Assembly (NCBI GenBank): GCA_004764695.1
Contig: SMSO01000034.1
Span: 682,001 to 746,000, forward strand
Length of the DNA stretch: 64,000 nt
Reading direction: 5' to 3'
Origin: Schizochytrium sp. TIO01
Taxonomy: Eukaryota; Protista; Bigyra: Labyrinthulomycetes
Part shown: in pieces, positions 10,726 to 25,211 of the stretch
Numbering within the stretch: position 1 is the first letter of the stretch
Layout: each line of letters begins with the position of its first letter
The notes under the pieces: generated by a model
Databases searched by the model: none
What the model was told of the DNA's origin: nothing
Seen by the model: the letters and a program-made list of their open reading frames with translations, nothing else
Made by a program: the position numbers and the translations under genes

Positions 10726-11530
10726 ATTTGAAGTTCTTGAGAATACTGTGCTTATAGAACAGATCGTGGACTACGCTGAAGATAGCCCGGGTTCTCCAAG
10801 TAGCGAAACCCTAGTTGTTATATGTACGGTCGGGTAGTAAATTATGGGACATCAAATTAGAACTTGCTTTGTTATTTATCTCTGCCTGCCTCTGAATTCA
10901 GTTGTCTTTGTCGAGGATTACTTTGAGAAGTCTCCTCCTATTGTTGAACTAAAAATATTAAACGTGAGGAAGGAATTGCAATGAAATCATCAAGTGGACG
11001 TAGTTTTGCTGAGTTGTTTTGAAAAGCGGGTTGTTCACAAATTAAGAGGAAGGCCTAAGTAAAACCATACTGCATAGACTATTTTTAGCCTAAGAACATT
11101 GTTTTCCCTATATCTTATTTTTGCAAATATTTGGCTCTTTTGATATAAAGGAAGAACGGCTTGTACTTGTCTTAAAACTAGAATAATATCGCCTTTGCCA
11201 AGTGTTCTAACTATAAAATTTGAGAACATCTATACAAAGATGATGATCATTTGTAAAGTACGGGATTTGTAACTTGGATCTTTACTCTTGGCAGCACGAG
11301 TAAATCAGGATGAAAGAATGCCAAAGTTATTCACTTCCAAATTAGTGCAAGTCTCATTAAAATTCCCTTCTCACTGGTATGTATGATAACGTATATATGA
11401 AAAATACAAATAAAAGGAGAGTAATAAAAGTTTTAGATTCTTTGCTGTAAAGCAGAAAAGATTCATTATGAATTATGGTAACTGCAAAACAACAATGTAA
11501 CTACAGTTGTCATATATTCTAATCATTTAT

Positions 11531-13410
11531 CTAGGTGTTATTAATTTTGGATATCTCACGCTTGATTACACTTGGATCAAGCGTAATAAAAAGAAGCTCT
11601 TTACCATCAGGCGTGATCCGGGAGCTAAGAATATTATGATCCTTGAACTCAACAAGCAAGCTGCGCAGTGCTCGCTCTGTACTGACAAACATTTGGTCGC
11701 GGCATGCATTCAAAAGATCACCAAACTCCATACCATGCAGAGCTGTGCTTGAGCCTTCAATATCAGCAAGGTCAATTTGGTAGTCAGCAATGACTTCAAG
11801 AACAGAAATATGGTTTGGTGTAAGACTTGAAAGAACAAAAGCTGCGCCACGAGAACCATTAATATCCTGGCCCCTTACAAGGGAGGGTGCACCAATGCCT
11901 TCGAAGAGATAAGACTCGTAAGTATGCACTTCACGCCAAATCCATCGAAAACGTTCAAGCTGCTTGGGATCCCAAAGTAGTTCTGCAGCAATGTGGTCAA
12001 CAGAAGCTACGATGTGAACTTGTGGGCTTTCAGCAAGCATACTTAGTGCTTTGCAAGGCCCTGTACCACGAAGGAGTTTACCATCAATATTGTGCTGTGC
12101 AAGAAGAGCAAACGCATTAAGTTGACACCCAAAACGGGTTTTGAATCCACATCGTTAGTTGGTCAGGTCGGCATGTCCTACTCATCGATTGATCGCCTGT
12201 CGTATGTTCGGACATAGAATCCTCGTTATAGACTTCGCATGTTACACAAACGAGAGGAAGTCAATATTGTCAACTTTTCTTAAATTCAACTTACCACAAT
12301 AAGAACCATCTGTTGCGACCACACAGGAGCATCTGCAGCCAAAGTGTAGCCCTTCACTTGACAAAGAGACATTTTAGTTTCACGTGAAGTGAGATCAACT
12401 TTTGGTCTTCGAGCGACCTCTGTGGTCAACTCAACAATGAGAGCACTCATTGCTTCAACTGTCCGAGAGTGCTTAAAGCTCTCTGATTCAGGCAAGCCCA
12501 AAAAATTATGCATGATTGAGCCTAGAGCAGATCTGAGATTAATTGTTGCTGAATATCCTGCGATAACCATAACACAGGACAAAGGATAATTTCTGGCAGA
12601 TTCATAGGCCTTGATTGCTGCGGCATAGCCTTCAAGCACCCTTTTCTTGGAACCGAAGCCATGTACAAGTATATTGAAGCCCTGCTGCATAGCAAAGTAG
12701 TCCCCAGGGAGGCTTGAGCAGAGTGCAGTCACGCATGCATCTGTTGTTTGTGTGGAGACCTTTATAGCAGACTTAGAGTGACGGAGAATCTCGCGAGCTT
12801 CGTTTTCAGAGGGAAGCTCCAGTTGGCCCAGGGTCCTGATTTTTGCCTTACTGTGAGCGTTGCGAAGACTCTCGAGTGCACGCTTCCGTCGCTTTTGCTT
12901 TTCTGTGTTTGTTTCGAGTTCGAAATAGTTCGAAATTTTGACCTTCTTTCGAGATCCTGCAACCAGAGACTCCGTCTGCAAAGGTGGTCCTTCTCCATCG
13001 TTCTCCTCATCATTGTTTCCAACAGAACCACCACCATCATCGTAGTCAACTTCATCATTGTCTTCATTATCGTCGCCATACTCTGTATTGTTTTTTGCTG
13101 CTGGCTTCGCCTTGGCTGATTTCATGTGACGGTGTGTCTTGAGCGCTTTGCTATGCGATGCATCTGCTCTAACATCCTCCGCTTCACTATCAGAGTCGGG
13201 CTGATGGTCATCTTCTTCATCACTTGACATAAGAGGAGCACTCTTTTTAAGCCGTCGCGTACCCTCTTCCGGCATAGTTCCAAGACTTGCGGATGAAATT
13301 CCACGCTCACGCTTGCGCTTTCCAGCGGGCATGATATTAACTGAGTCATCTTGCGTACAATGGGAGAGCGTTCGTTTTTTTTTAATGGCGCCATGACTTG
13401 AGGACGTCAT
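11531..13410 (-). CDS. ORC2: Origin recognition complex subunit 2; exons 13410-12295 and 12094-11531
   Basis: Motifs GFNILVHGFGSKKRVL, VLIV|HNIDG, IVASVDH, LLWD, VLSSLTPN, LVEFKDH. A 200-nt intron 12294-12095 (GTAAGT...CTTAAT...CACAG) joins the two ORFs in frame (~559 aa). Confidence 0.93.
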
Positions 13411-15129
13411 TATATTTACCTGGTGAGGGTTTATTTAGGAAATGTTGTCGTGCACTATCAAAAAGCTTCAAGATCGTGCTGATGTCGTAAACCCCGGGCT
13501 GATATTTCGACTTTGGCAGAGGAGAAGGTCAAAGTTTCCAGAGAGGATTGAGTTAAATTAGATCAATCTCTGTAACATCAACGACAATATGAAAAAGTTC
13601 AAAGCACAGGTGAAGATGAAAAAGACGAGCTTGACTTTAGGATAAGGAGCAGCAACGGACGGCGTGAGTTGCTGCCATTCAGAACCCTTTTAAAAACTAG
13701 TGACGAGTAGATTGACCGAGCGATGGCTCTACCAACCCAGGCCCTTAGTTGTAGCGCAGACTTGAATTTCTCTGTCAAGCAGAAGATCTGGCTACTCTCA
13801 ACCACAGCTCGGCAGCAAAGTCAGCTACCAAGACAACAAGTAAGCCTTGGCCCGCAAAGTTTCGTGTAGATTATTTGTTTTCGTGTCTTCATGCTTGAAC
13901 TGTGTCATTGTTGCAAGGCTATCGACGGTGAACCTAACCATCATCCAGGTGTTCCGTTCTGCTCTGTTCACTTTCAACATTCTTTCGGTTCGTAGTCAGA
14001 AGTAATGAAATAAAACCTGTTAGCTTGGTAGAAACTCAAGCCAAAACAATCATTCATCAGGGATGTGCACGAAAGTCAATAGTAGGGATTTGAAGGTGGA
14101 GGTCCATTGGCCAATTGGAGACCTCACTTTCAGTATAAACTTTTATTTACCATAGCCAGTTCATATATTTGTTGGGCCATATTCCTTCTGGACTTTTGCT
14201 CGTGCAAATAAGCTGTTCATTTCTTCCCACACTGAGATCTACTGTAGCTTAGCTTTATGGACTTCCTAAATTTCCTTTTCAGCTCGCTTGAGAGTTTTCT
14301 AAAAATGAGATGCCAAATGTGCTAAATGAAAAGTGACCCCAAGAGGTTAAATTAATATCTAGAGTCTTGAGACGATTACTCTTTGATGCTTTTTGTCAGC
14401 AACTTCTACTGACCGCAGAATTCATGACATATGAATTCGGATACTATAAAAACCAATTTGCATGACACAACTATAAAGACAGAATTTCATTATTTTATGC
14501 ATCAACATGAAGCTAGACTCCACGATTCTCAACCACATTTGACAATATCCGGTGGTCTATGAGAATCCTTATTTTGACTAACCAGGTATTGTCAATCATA
14601 AGATGTATTGTACATAAATTTGGATGGTATGATTTGGCCTACAATGAGCAAGCACTCCTTTTTGTGGCTGCATTACCTCTTCTTGTTCAATTAATTGTAT
14701 TTAACAACTCGAATTTAGTATTTATCGCTTCGTAATCTCGCGAACGAACGATAACTCCTTGAATGATATCAGTAATGGAAAGCAAAAAATGCAGGATATC
14801 ATCCACGTTCTTTTATAATGTAACTTTAGGTTGAATTTCAGATAATTGGGATAATTATTATGAGTAAACTTTGCCTGGGAAGCCCCATTTGCTGAATTAC
14901 GGCGATAACTCTTTGGGAAAGCTCTTCTGGAATCCTGTATATCCAATTCATTATTTTTAATTTCAATATAATGCTGTTTGTTTGAAACATACAATGGCTT
15001 GAACAAACAAAATTTACTCCTACAAAGTACTCATCCATCAAACATCATCTAACAAATTAAACCCCAACGCTCAAATGTCAAAGTCATCATTTAATGATTC
15101 AATCAAAGTACTTTGTAATTTTTGATACG

Positions 15130-17400
15130 CATTCTTGCTGAGATTTTCAATCGAAGGAACTAGTGAACAAGTCATTACCAAAGTTCTGGGTGTCCAATTG
15201 TAAGGCCTCTGGAATTTAGTATTTCTATAGGAACAAAATTAGACACTCTGATGCGTGAAGCTAAGATGGACGATAACCAATCCATATTCGCTAGAATCAA
15301 GTATGCTGGAATCTGATTTGATGGTTGAAGAGACAAGCTAATTCAAACTGTTCAATTGTGTCAGCACAAATCATGGATGTGTTAGTCTCCTGATTATAAC
15401 ATGAATAAGTTCCATTGGGATTCCAAGTACAGCAAATCGCTAACTCGTAACAGCATAAATTCTCAAGCTTTCCCTAAACCTTTATCAGGGCTCTTCCCTC
15501 AACTTGTTAGGCAAACTCTAGGTCCAAGTTCATCTTTTAGCACTTCTATGCACCAAAGTGTTTTTAAATCTTGTTAACGATTGCAATGAAAACAAAAAGC
15601 TTGCTGATAGTTTTTATCATCCACGATAAGTACATATAACCAGAGCACCCTAAATTTACAGTCTTTCACTATCAAGTAATGGCTACTAGCTTTGTTTCTC
15701 TGAACAGGAGGAGGAGTGTATTTACATTCGCCTTGGCCGACTGGTACACCTTATAGCCATGTATGTATGTAACCATGTAGGTCATAATTTAGCTGGGCTA
15801 GGGTCAGACTCGTTTTGGGAGAACAAAATGAGAAATGTTTTGACGTGTATTGCATATGTTTAAAGAAAGTCCAATATGTTCAAAAGAGTATAATGGGGAC
15901 TATAAATGCTGCATGCGTTTTCATGCGAGCTATCTGCTGAGAGATGAATGAGGTCAGCTTGGGTGACAGTGAAAATGAAGGTATAATGATCTAAGGCTTT
16001 GAAGAGTTAGAGGTCTGTTGACCTTAGAATTGGAATCCAAGGCAGATTGGAATTAGGAGACTAAGACATACTTGATCTGAGTTGGACATATTTATCAACT
16101 TGAGGCTCAGTGACCTTTTCACCCATCAGTTAAGATTCTGTCTGTAGAAGGTATATACTGATTCATGAATTTTCAATCACGCAAGTCTGGTTGTGTAGTT
16201 TTATAATATGTAAGTTTCAAATCTGGAGGTCTTACGATGGGACGTCTATAACTCTTGCAATGTCTTGTCCCTAGTTCCTTTAATTGGAGATCTCAGCACT
16301 AACTTATAGAATTTGTTGAAGAAGTTTGCATAAGCTGTTTCCAGATACTTGAAAAGAAAACCTTGCCAGTTTCGTCGATAGCCACAAACGTATAATGTAA
16401 GGATGCAATAGAAACCAAAATCCTTGTGGTCCCTGCAGACCTCTATTAGCTCTTTCCTCAAACTTACTCGGTACTATTCCGTAAGGTGAGCGCTTGTGAG
16501 GAAGCAGGGTACTGTCACCTCAAAGTGCACTAAGGAACTTGTATTCGTCAGATGATGCTGATTTTGGTTAATTGCCACTTTAAACGTAATAGACTAGCTT
16601 ATGAAAGAGTTAAAACAATTTATTTAGAGCAGCCTATGCAGATTTTATTGCTGCAAATAAGAGAAGAAACTGCAAAATTACCTTCGTAGGAGAAAATGAA
16701 AGCCTAACATTGGTACTGGATGGCCGTTTGCTTTAAGTATACATTACTTTGTAGAAATACACATTTATCTAGCAGAGTGCATAAGCCTAAAATAAATATG
16801 ATCCTTAACAAGCACGAAGATATATTGATTTTGGCAACTGTGCTGTTATCTTAGGTATTGAAGATCGAACTTTATTTTTTTACTTTTTCGAGTGTAATGC
16901 CATGGACGACGATATGTATGTTGTGGTTACCTGTTGAGACTCACGTAATTCATTCCAACTATCAAAATGAGGATGTATCTACTGAAAGGTGATACTGATT
17001 AGCGTGAGGTTGACTGTAAAGATTAAGGTAGAAGGCTTGATGAAGGCTATAAGAAGATTGATTTAAGAGTTAGCGAACTGCTGTCCTGAGGAATGAATTC
17101 CAGGACAGATGGATTCATGTAGTAATTAGGGAGATTAAGACATTCTTGAATGTGGTTCGAGATAATCGATGGGGTTAGGCTATCCAACCTTCTCCACCAT
17201 CGATCCAAGCTAACCAAGCTTGGGTGTCGGTGATGTGTATTCACACTTCTAGTTCTTGGCTTCAGCAGCCACATAAATCTGGCTGCTTATTCTTGTTCTA
17301 ATGTGAACCTTATTTCTAATGGGTTTTACAAAGGGACACCAAGAACTCTAGCAATGTCTTGTCCACTAGTTCCTTCGATTGGAGATCTCAGCAGTATCTA
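15130..17400. pseudogene. Three decayed paralogous coding relics (one inverted), possibly LRR-like
   Basis: Shared core at ~15136-15205 (-), ~16236-16290 (+) and ~17326-17395 (+), translating as Y-x-[GW]-T-[PS]-[RI]-T-L-[AV]-M-[ST]-C, continuing [PS]-L-V-P-S-I-[GE]-[DN]-L-S in the two unbroken copies. Stops and frameshifts surround it. Confidence 0.5.
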
Positions 17401-20268
17401 CAATGTCATTTGCACAAAACAATAGGTCCTTAAGAATTGAAGGTTAAATTAGATAAGAAACAAAGAAATAAATATGTATTCAAGAAGTCAAGAAACTTAG
17501 GATTGTAGACATACATCTCGACAGAATTGGTTTTTATTTTACACGTTGGGCCATCAGCTTAAACTTTATCACACACTTTTGTTTTCTTAAGTTCTTAATT
17601 TTACAATCACGCACTAATTGCCTAGTTTCAATGCTATGCAGAATCTATCTTAGAAGGACATATGGACAATATATTACAAGAGTTATGATAATGCAATTGC
17701 AAGTATGTTCCACATGTTTCTTCATAATTTGTAAAATGAATGCCTCATTAGTGATCATCGAATACAACATGAATAAATCAATATATGTGACCATATAGTT
17801 GTGATCATATAGTTGTGACCATATAGTTGTAACAAGACAATTTCAATTGGACAAACTGCACTTTAGAGCTCAAATGCGGATTTTGTTGCTCTATAAGTAA
17901 TGAGGAAACTAGTTCCAAATGATATCACTGGCGAAGAAGATCTTCATTCTTTCTTGAACGAGAGAGATTATCCGTGGCTTTGCGGTTCCTTCGTCTATTG
18001 CTGATACGGAATTAAATGTTATAGAGATAGAGAAGAGAAGAAAAAAACATTTAAAGCTTTGCACCAATTGATTTGGTAGAACCACCTCATAGTTACTCAA
18101 TCCGTACTGTGATTTTCGATATTAAACCCAGAAATCCTCTCAGTAAGAGTAATGCTACTCCCTCTTTTTTCGTGTATCGTCTTTTTGGGCGATGCAATTA
18201 AGGCACCTCGTCGAGGTTACATCACAAACAATGCATTCAGTGCCCGACTTAAATTTGCGGAGACAATTGATACCAAGATACACCGATGTGGTGCTTTTAG
18301 AGTCAGCCCTAAACGCAACACCTGCACAACGACTTCCAAAGCGAGTCGTAACGACAAGGTTGTCAGCTTTTGAAGATACCATTTCGCTCCGAACAAGTAA
18401 GACATTGTAGTTGATATGGATTTTGATTGCTTGTTTATTCTGAAAACGGAAAAGAAAGCACAAAGCAACTCTAGCTAGATATTTGTGAACGTGCTTGTTT
18501 TTGCATTCAGTGCTATGTCAGACTCATTAGTAGATACAGTCACCTACAGTCCCTACTTAGTACCTAATTAGTACCTAGAATTGGTAGGGTGTTTGCTTTG
18601 TATTGAATGCATGTAAATAGATGGTCGCATAGCGAGGCAAGTTATTCAGATGATGCTCTCCCGGTATCAAAATAAGTATACCTAGATCTGGTATGCACTG
18701 TTTTGCCATACGAGAACATACTATGTACGTTATCTAATGCTCGAGAGAGAGTCTGAGTTTTACGAATGAGCGAGGTGGTATCTGTATTTGAAAAGATATA
18801 CTAGTACGAGTAATTATACCTTCAAATCATTTTCGTCGTCTTGGCTATTTGATGAGGAGTACCTACACCTACCTACCTATGGCTTCTGTTAGTCAAAGAA
18901 ATAAGGCTCATTATTTGATTGAACCACTTTTGTACTTTATAGTGTAAAATTACCTACCTACTTACATAGAAAAAATCGTTGATATCCTTCTCGGTGAAGC
19001 AGTCGAGGTCGAGTAGGTTTGTGTTCTATTTTGGGGCGTTTATGGTCCAGCCGTTTCACAATAAGTAATTAAGCATAAGCTGGCCTGTGTAGATTCTTTC
19101 CGCAAGCATTCAGTATAGAGCGGGGCAATGGGAAATTGAGAATAGCTTGAATTCATTCAATGGAATTTTTTTAATGCGGATAATATAAAATGGCTGTCTG
19201 ACCATTCACCACCCATGGAAGTAAAGGGACAACAGATAGCGAGCTAGCTATCTGGCCAGGTAAATTGAACCTACCTGCCAAATTTTGAGCAAACTAAACG
19301 GCATTTAAAAAGAAGCATATATAAACAAACCTCTTGAATTGTGCTCGTGAAGACTTTTGGGAGCTTGTATGACTACTTCTAAACCGTGATAGGTTGACTA
19401 CTTTTTTCATATTTTGAACATCACTCCGGTCTCTATTCTCAATTCTCTGTAGCAAGTACTTAAAAATAAATAAAAATGCTTTGGTAAAAATGTGTTAGAA
19501 AAAAAAAAAACAAAAAAAAAAACATTGCAAGTATCCTTTTAAAAGTTCGTATAGTCTTTTCAAAAAAATTTACTTTAATTTAAAAATACGAAGTAAAGTT
19601 GTATATATAGAGTTATAAAATGTAGAAATACTTTGAGCTATAATTTTTTTGTGCAGAATAGAGAACAATAGGGGGTGGTGTGGGGGAAAAGAGTAGTGAA
19701 GTAATAACTAGGCTTTTAAAACTAACAAACATCCACCACCACTACCTTCACTATTAGTTATACTATCTATACAACATGTAACTTATATAACTATTGACTC
19801 TTTCTGGATCTAGCTAGAGGGAGTTTAAGAAAAATAAAAGTGCTGTTATTGGAGCAGTAGGTATGAAGGTACTATGTTTCTCTACTTTAAAAAAATAAAT
19901 ATATATATATATATATAATTTTTTTCAAAGTGTTTTAAATAAATCATGCTTGTGTGGCGGGAGAAAAAAGTCAGCCAATCTATAACCCCAAATTGCTGTG
20001 TTCTTGCGGAGATTTCCCACTCAAAGATGTCCCCAGTGGAGGGGCCGTTTTCTCACCTGCTACATAGAAGTTACAAATTCAGGCTGAAAGGTGTTTGAAA
20101 AAAACCCTACGGTCAGGCAGTTAGTAGGACGGGCAGGTACACGATGACATGTCTGATTCGTCGATAAAGCAGCAGCCAACCGCAACTTAAGTTTTGTAGT
20201 GCTAAGGAATTGAGCGCATTTAAAGCCTCCGTAGGTCCGTCTTTCAAACTCAACCGTGATATTGGATG

Positions 20269-20375
<107 letters not shown>

Positions 20376-20759
20376 CACCAAATAAAAGTTTGTTTTTTCA
20401 ATCATCATTTTTATGAAAATAAAACTTTTAACTTTATAAGATGAAGTTGGTAGGTGATGGCTTGCTAGATGAGGCGGTAGAAAACTATTAATTAATATAT
20501 AGAGTCAGGGCGGTGAATACTACAGACTGACAATTTGACCTAAGGCTTCAATTCAAAGTCAAGCTACCTCTCTCTAGCTAGCAATCTGAGCAGTCTGATA
20601 AGAGGAGAGAGGCTGTCCGCGATGCTTGCTCCAGTTAACTGTCTAGCTAGCTAGCTAGCTTAATCTGCAAAAAGAAATCTTCTAAGAAGCAGCATCAGCT
20701 AGTACTTCAGTATTATTGGTAGATGTAGAAGTAGTAGCGGTAGTATTGAACATCCCTAG

Positions 20760-23700
20760 CCCTGGATATCGCAAAAACGTAGACAAAAAATGTAGACAAA
20801 TCAATACCACCAATTTCTGATGTTTAGGCGCAAATCCCTCAAAATTCTTTAAATTATGTGCCAGCTTGCTAGTTCTGGCCTTGAAGAAGAACATATTCGA
20901 GCTCTGAGCTCTAAAATGATGGTGCTAATGAATAATTGGAGTTTTCGATTTGGCTTTGAACGAAATCAACCGGTCTAAATCCGATTAAAAATGGCTCAAT
21001 TTTGTCTACATAAAACGTAGACGTAGACAAATATACCATATTATCCTTAATTAATTTCAAACTGGTTTTGTAAAACCGTCGCATCGGGGATACTTGATCA
21101 AGCTTCGGGAAAATTGGACTCTACATAGATTTTACTATTTAACTCTGGGAGCACCTTTACAACTCCTTCAGAAATGAAAAATGTACGTTGGATATAGACT
21201 TAGCCCCTAATTCGTGAAATGTATCGAAGCACTTTTTGCATAATGCAGCATATTGACCTGGATGTATCTCACAGCCTTTGCACTCCTTGGTAGTAGATCT
21301 CCCACGTCGAGAGACGTGATCCTGACTTTTCTCGCACCTAACACAGCAGAGAATGCATGTCCTCCTTGCTGGAGGGGTACCATAAGGCTGATTGCGTGAT
21401 AAAGTGTGCTCATTGTTTGTATTATTTTTCAAACCTTGAAGCAGGTTAAGTAGGACTGATTTTGTTACGTATTTCGATGAGTCTTCATCGTTTTGGGGTG
21501 ATGATTCAATCGCAGAATTGGGATTCGCAGCAACAATATCACAATTCAGGGAAAGTGGGAATTGATTATTCTCATCAAATCGATAACACATTCCTCTGTG
21601 CAAATCTTCTAAGAACACTACAAATGATGTTGTGTTTTTCCTAGCTGTCTGCCATGCATCGAAAGATTTTGCATGAGGAGTAAAAGCTTCGAGACGCGCA
21701 AGTTGATATACACGGAATGCATTATATAGTGTGTAGTCGAGGTAAGTAAGCCAGACTAAAGCTGCAGGCTTCAGCCGACTGGTACGCCGCTTTCGACCTT
21801 CGACGGTCTTCCGAACAATATCAACATTTCCCATGTGGTGATTCCAAACACTACATAACTTCGGTAATATTTTTTTACAGGGTGGCGGTGTCCCATTTGA
21901 TAGTACATCATCATTGTGCCGCCGCCAGAGCTGCAAGTAAACATCAACTGTATGGTGTTCTCTAGCAAAACCATACGACGACGAGTAATCATTACCAAGA
22001 CGGGGAAATGTCCCGAGATGCTCTCCATAGGCAAACTTCATGTACTCATCTGCAAGAGCACCTAAATAGCCTCTCCATTGGTCCCGTTGAGCCTGTGCAA
22101 CTTCAACAAGAACTGCCTGAAGTTCACGCTCAGATGTCGAGTAGATGAGCAAAACTTCTGAAACATCTAACGCACACGCGTGATGAATGATCTGAGCCCT
22201 GTAAGAAGGTTCAGGGACCGCATGTTTGAAAAGTAGAGACCCTGCATGACATTCTACAAACTGGCCAAGCTCACCTACGCGTGCTGCTACTGCAGAAATT
22301 GTATCTGGCGACGTAACAGTCTTGAATTCTAAGGCTGTCGCATCTTGGATAACGTACTCGTCGCCTACTTTACGCGAAATGACCGCAACTCCATCAGGGG
22401 AATCTGCTATAAATGGTACATCTCGGTTAGCAAGAAGTCCGTATGGTCTAATCTCGTGAATTTTGATGTTCTTAGTCGAAACCTTGTAGATGTAGGTCTT
22501 TAATCCTGCAGTAATAACTCTTTCATTCTCTTTGCCTAAACGTAACGGACTTTTGTGAGGTGCAAGACCGTCTCTCCAAGGCGGTATGAACCATAACAAC
22601 ATCAAGGTCTGAAGAAAGCATTGCTGGCGCTGGTAAAAAGATATCTCCGAACTCGTGTCAGAACATCCCACTGGAGTATGCTGCAGATTTTCATGTTGAG
22701 ACAAATTCTGACTGTTGTTAAATTCTTGGGTGCTCTCGTTGATAGCATCTAAATGTAACATATCATTTGGTGTCTGGATTGACAAAGAGTCAGCAACGGA
22801 ACTTTGCGTAGACACTATTTTTAAAGCGGTCGCACTAGCAAGGCGTTCTGCGATATCACGGTTTTTCTCTTCAGGAAGAACCACCTCTCCAGTAAGTTCC
22901 ATTAATTCAGCCGCTAAGTTGACCCTTGTTTTACACTTGTTTAACCAGTATTGTGCTTATTGTCTTGTCGCCGTGACTGACTCGTCTGCGCTTCATTCTA
23001 CTTTGTTGGAGCGAGCCAGGTAGATCTGGATCAACTCTCTCAGAAGCGTTTTCAACCGTAATGCGGCGGTTACGGGATTAAGCACTGCAATTTGCAAGAC
23101 ATGAGCATGCATTGTTAGAAGCTCTTCAGAAAATGGAGCAGAAACAAAATTCATACATTGAAATGAGGTTGTGCTCGTTGCGCGGAAAAGTCGTGCTAAA
23201 AACCAGTCTGCAGTCCCTTGTTTCTGTGTCAACCTGATAGTTCGGCTTTCGAGATTACGGAACGCTGCGCTTATTCGGGCTTCAGTGGAGGATTCAGCTG
23301 TCAGAGGTTCGTGGTCTGCAACTGCGTGCTCCAACCTCGAAACACCACCAGGATGAATCTTTTGAACTTGACCATACCCTACTTCAAAAACCCAGTTATG
23401 AACGCCTAATTTTGGATTGTTGGTGACCAACCGAGCAACCCTTGCCTTTCCTTGCCCGTGCCTAGAGATAAGTGCATAGAGATTCTCTCCATGGAATTTT
23501 GCAGTATGTGCGCTCCTTCGACCATTTACCCAAATTATCGCCGACTGTGTAGATGACTGCCGAGTCGTTTTTTCAAGTAGATCTTGGAATGGGAACATGC
23601 GCGTCTGTTTGCATGTCCCTAAAAATGATACGTTTAGATCCTGTAGAATTTGGATGATGTTGGTTCGTGTGTTTTCTTGTTGATACTTAGCAATTGCCAG

Positions 23701-25211
23701 GTATCCGCGGTCAATAAAGATAGTAAGATCTCGACTGCAACTTTCCTTGCCTAAATCGTCAGGATGCTCTAACATCAAGTTAACTGACTTCTTCACGATG
23801 TCAGAAACTTTTGTGCGGAGAAATTCCACCCAGCCTTGAAGAATCACACCAGCTCCAACAGAAGCTACGACATGAACAACTGGTTTTCTTTTCTGAGTTT
23901 TTGTTGGGATCAGCCGGATACCAGCTGATTCAAAGTCCGATGAAGAGTGTGGGAGTTTGTCATCATCAAGATCAACCCACATGACACCATTTACAAATAA
24001 CAGCCAATTCCAGTGTCTACTTGCAAGGTCCTGCATTCGTTTTAGATATTTGTCTGCTGTGAATGGAAGGTTTCGTGATGTCTTTTGATGATTGGTCTTT
24101 TCACGGTTATTTTTGCTTGCTTTCCGCATCGCGCTACGCACGCGTCTATATGCGTTGGACGCATCGTCAGGTACTCCTTTACAAACGAATGTACTAGAGC
24201 GGTTCGCCGTTCGACACAAAATCTCGACCTCGATAAACATATGAATGTCACGACGGGAGAATTTGGAGCTCGTGTCATTATTTAACCATTCTAAGAAGGT
24301 ATCGATATAGAGAGGTGGGATACAAACTTGCATGGCTTGAAAGGGGCTGATGCTATCCTCGCTGGATATATGAAGTTGCTTTCGCCATTCGTGCTAGAAT
24401 AACTTCGCTTTCCATTTGAGTTCTCGATAACAGATCTATGTTATGTGGGCTGTATTCAAGCTCGATTGTGTCCATACTTCGCATAGTTCCACGAAGACCT
24501 TCGTGATACTTGGAGCCATGGGCAGAGAAGGAATCAAATTCCCAGTTACCTTGGCCCTTAGCAACATCAGCTTGGACCGAAGGATCTACTGACATGGATT
24601 GTCCACACATTTCAATTTCAATGTAGCTTTCACTATTGTCACTATCGACACTGTCGTCACTTGACATTGAGGAGGCATCAGAAACTTCGCCACACTCTGA
24701 GACCAAGTCCTTAACCTGCGTACGTGTAGGCATATTGACACTCAAAAGCTAAAAGATACCTGTATACTCGAAGCCCAAACTAGAATCGCAGCATTAAGGT
24801 GTGGAGGGCGACCGTGTCGAAGATACTACCAGCACTCGCGCAGGATCCCTGGCAGGATACGCAATTGCAAGCAGAAGAGCGCCTAGTAGCATAGTTCGCG
24901 CCCAAAACATATCAGGAGCACTTAACTACCAGGCTAACTACCAGGAGTCTAAAGGAGAAGCAGAGCAGAACCCCATCTTCTGACCCTTGCAAGTCTTCTC
25001 GTCTCGTAAAATTTTCATAGACCAATTGGTGCCATGGTGGGAGCATCCAAGGAAAGTTTGGGCCGTAAAGCTCGAATATTCATGACGAGTTGTAGGGTTG
25101 GCCTATTTCTCAAAAGGTTGTCCACTTTAAACGTGTACAAAAAAATAATCTAATTTCTCCGATCGATAAAACTTTTATTGTCTACGTATTTCGTAGACAA
25201 TTTATCCAGGG
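20760..25211 (-). mobile_element. piggyBac-superfamily DNA transposon with embedded YqaJ/lambda-exonuclease domain and CTAG TSD
   Basis: TIR CCCTGGATA (20760-20768) / TATCCAGGG (25203-25211), flanked by CTAG (20756-20759, 25212-25215). Repeated subterminal GTAGACAA/TTGTCTAC motifs. Transposase ORFs inside. Confidence 0.9.
21157..24745 (-). pseudogene. Frameshifted piggyBac-like DDD transposase with YqaJ insertion and C-terminal Cys-rich finger (ORF pieces 24353-24745, 22993-24333, 21157-22902)
   Basis: D1 VDLDDDKL; D2 IFIDRGY; LGTCKQTR. YqaJ motifs QGTADWFLAR..ATS, GKENE, IADSPDG, LEFK, YRAQ. D3 WNHHMGNVD; LDYTLYNAFRVY; finger CILC...CKGC...LCKKCFDTFH. Several frame breaks. Confidence 0.85.

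Noticed and set aside
15190-15216. FQRPYNW on the minus strand resembles the DUF262/GmrSD motif
   Set aside because: The paralogous copies at ~16240 and ~17330 do not keep the motif, and there is no sustained ORF.
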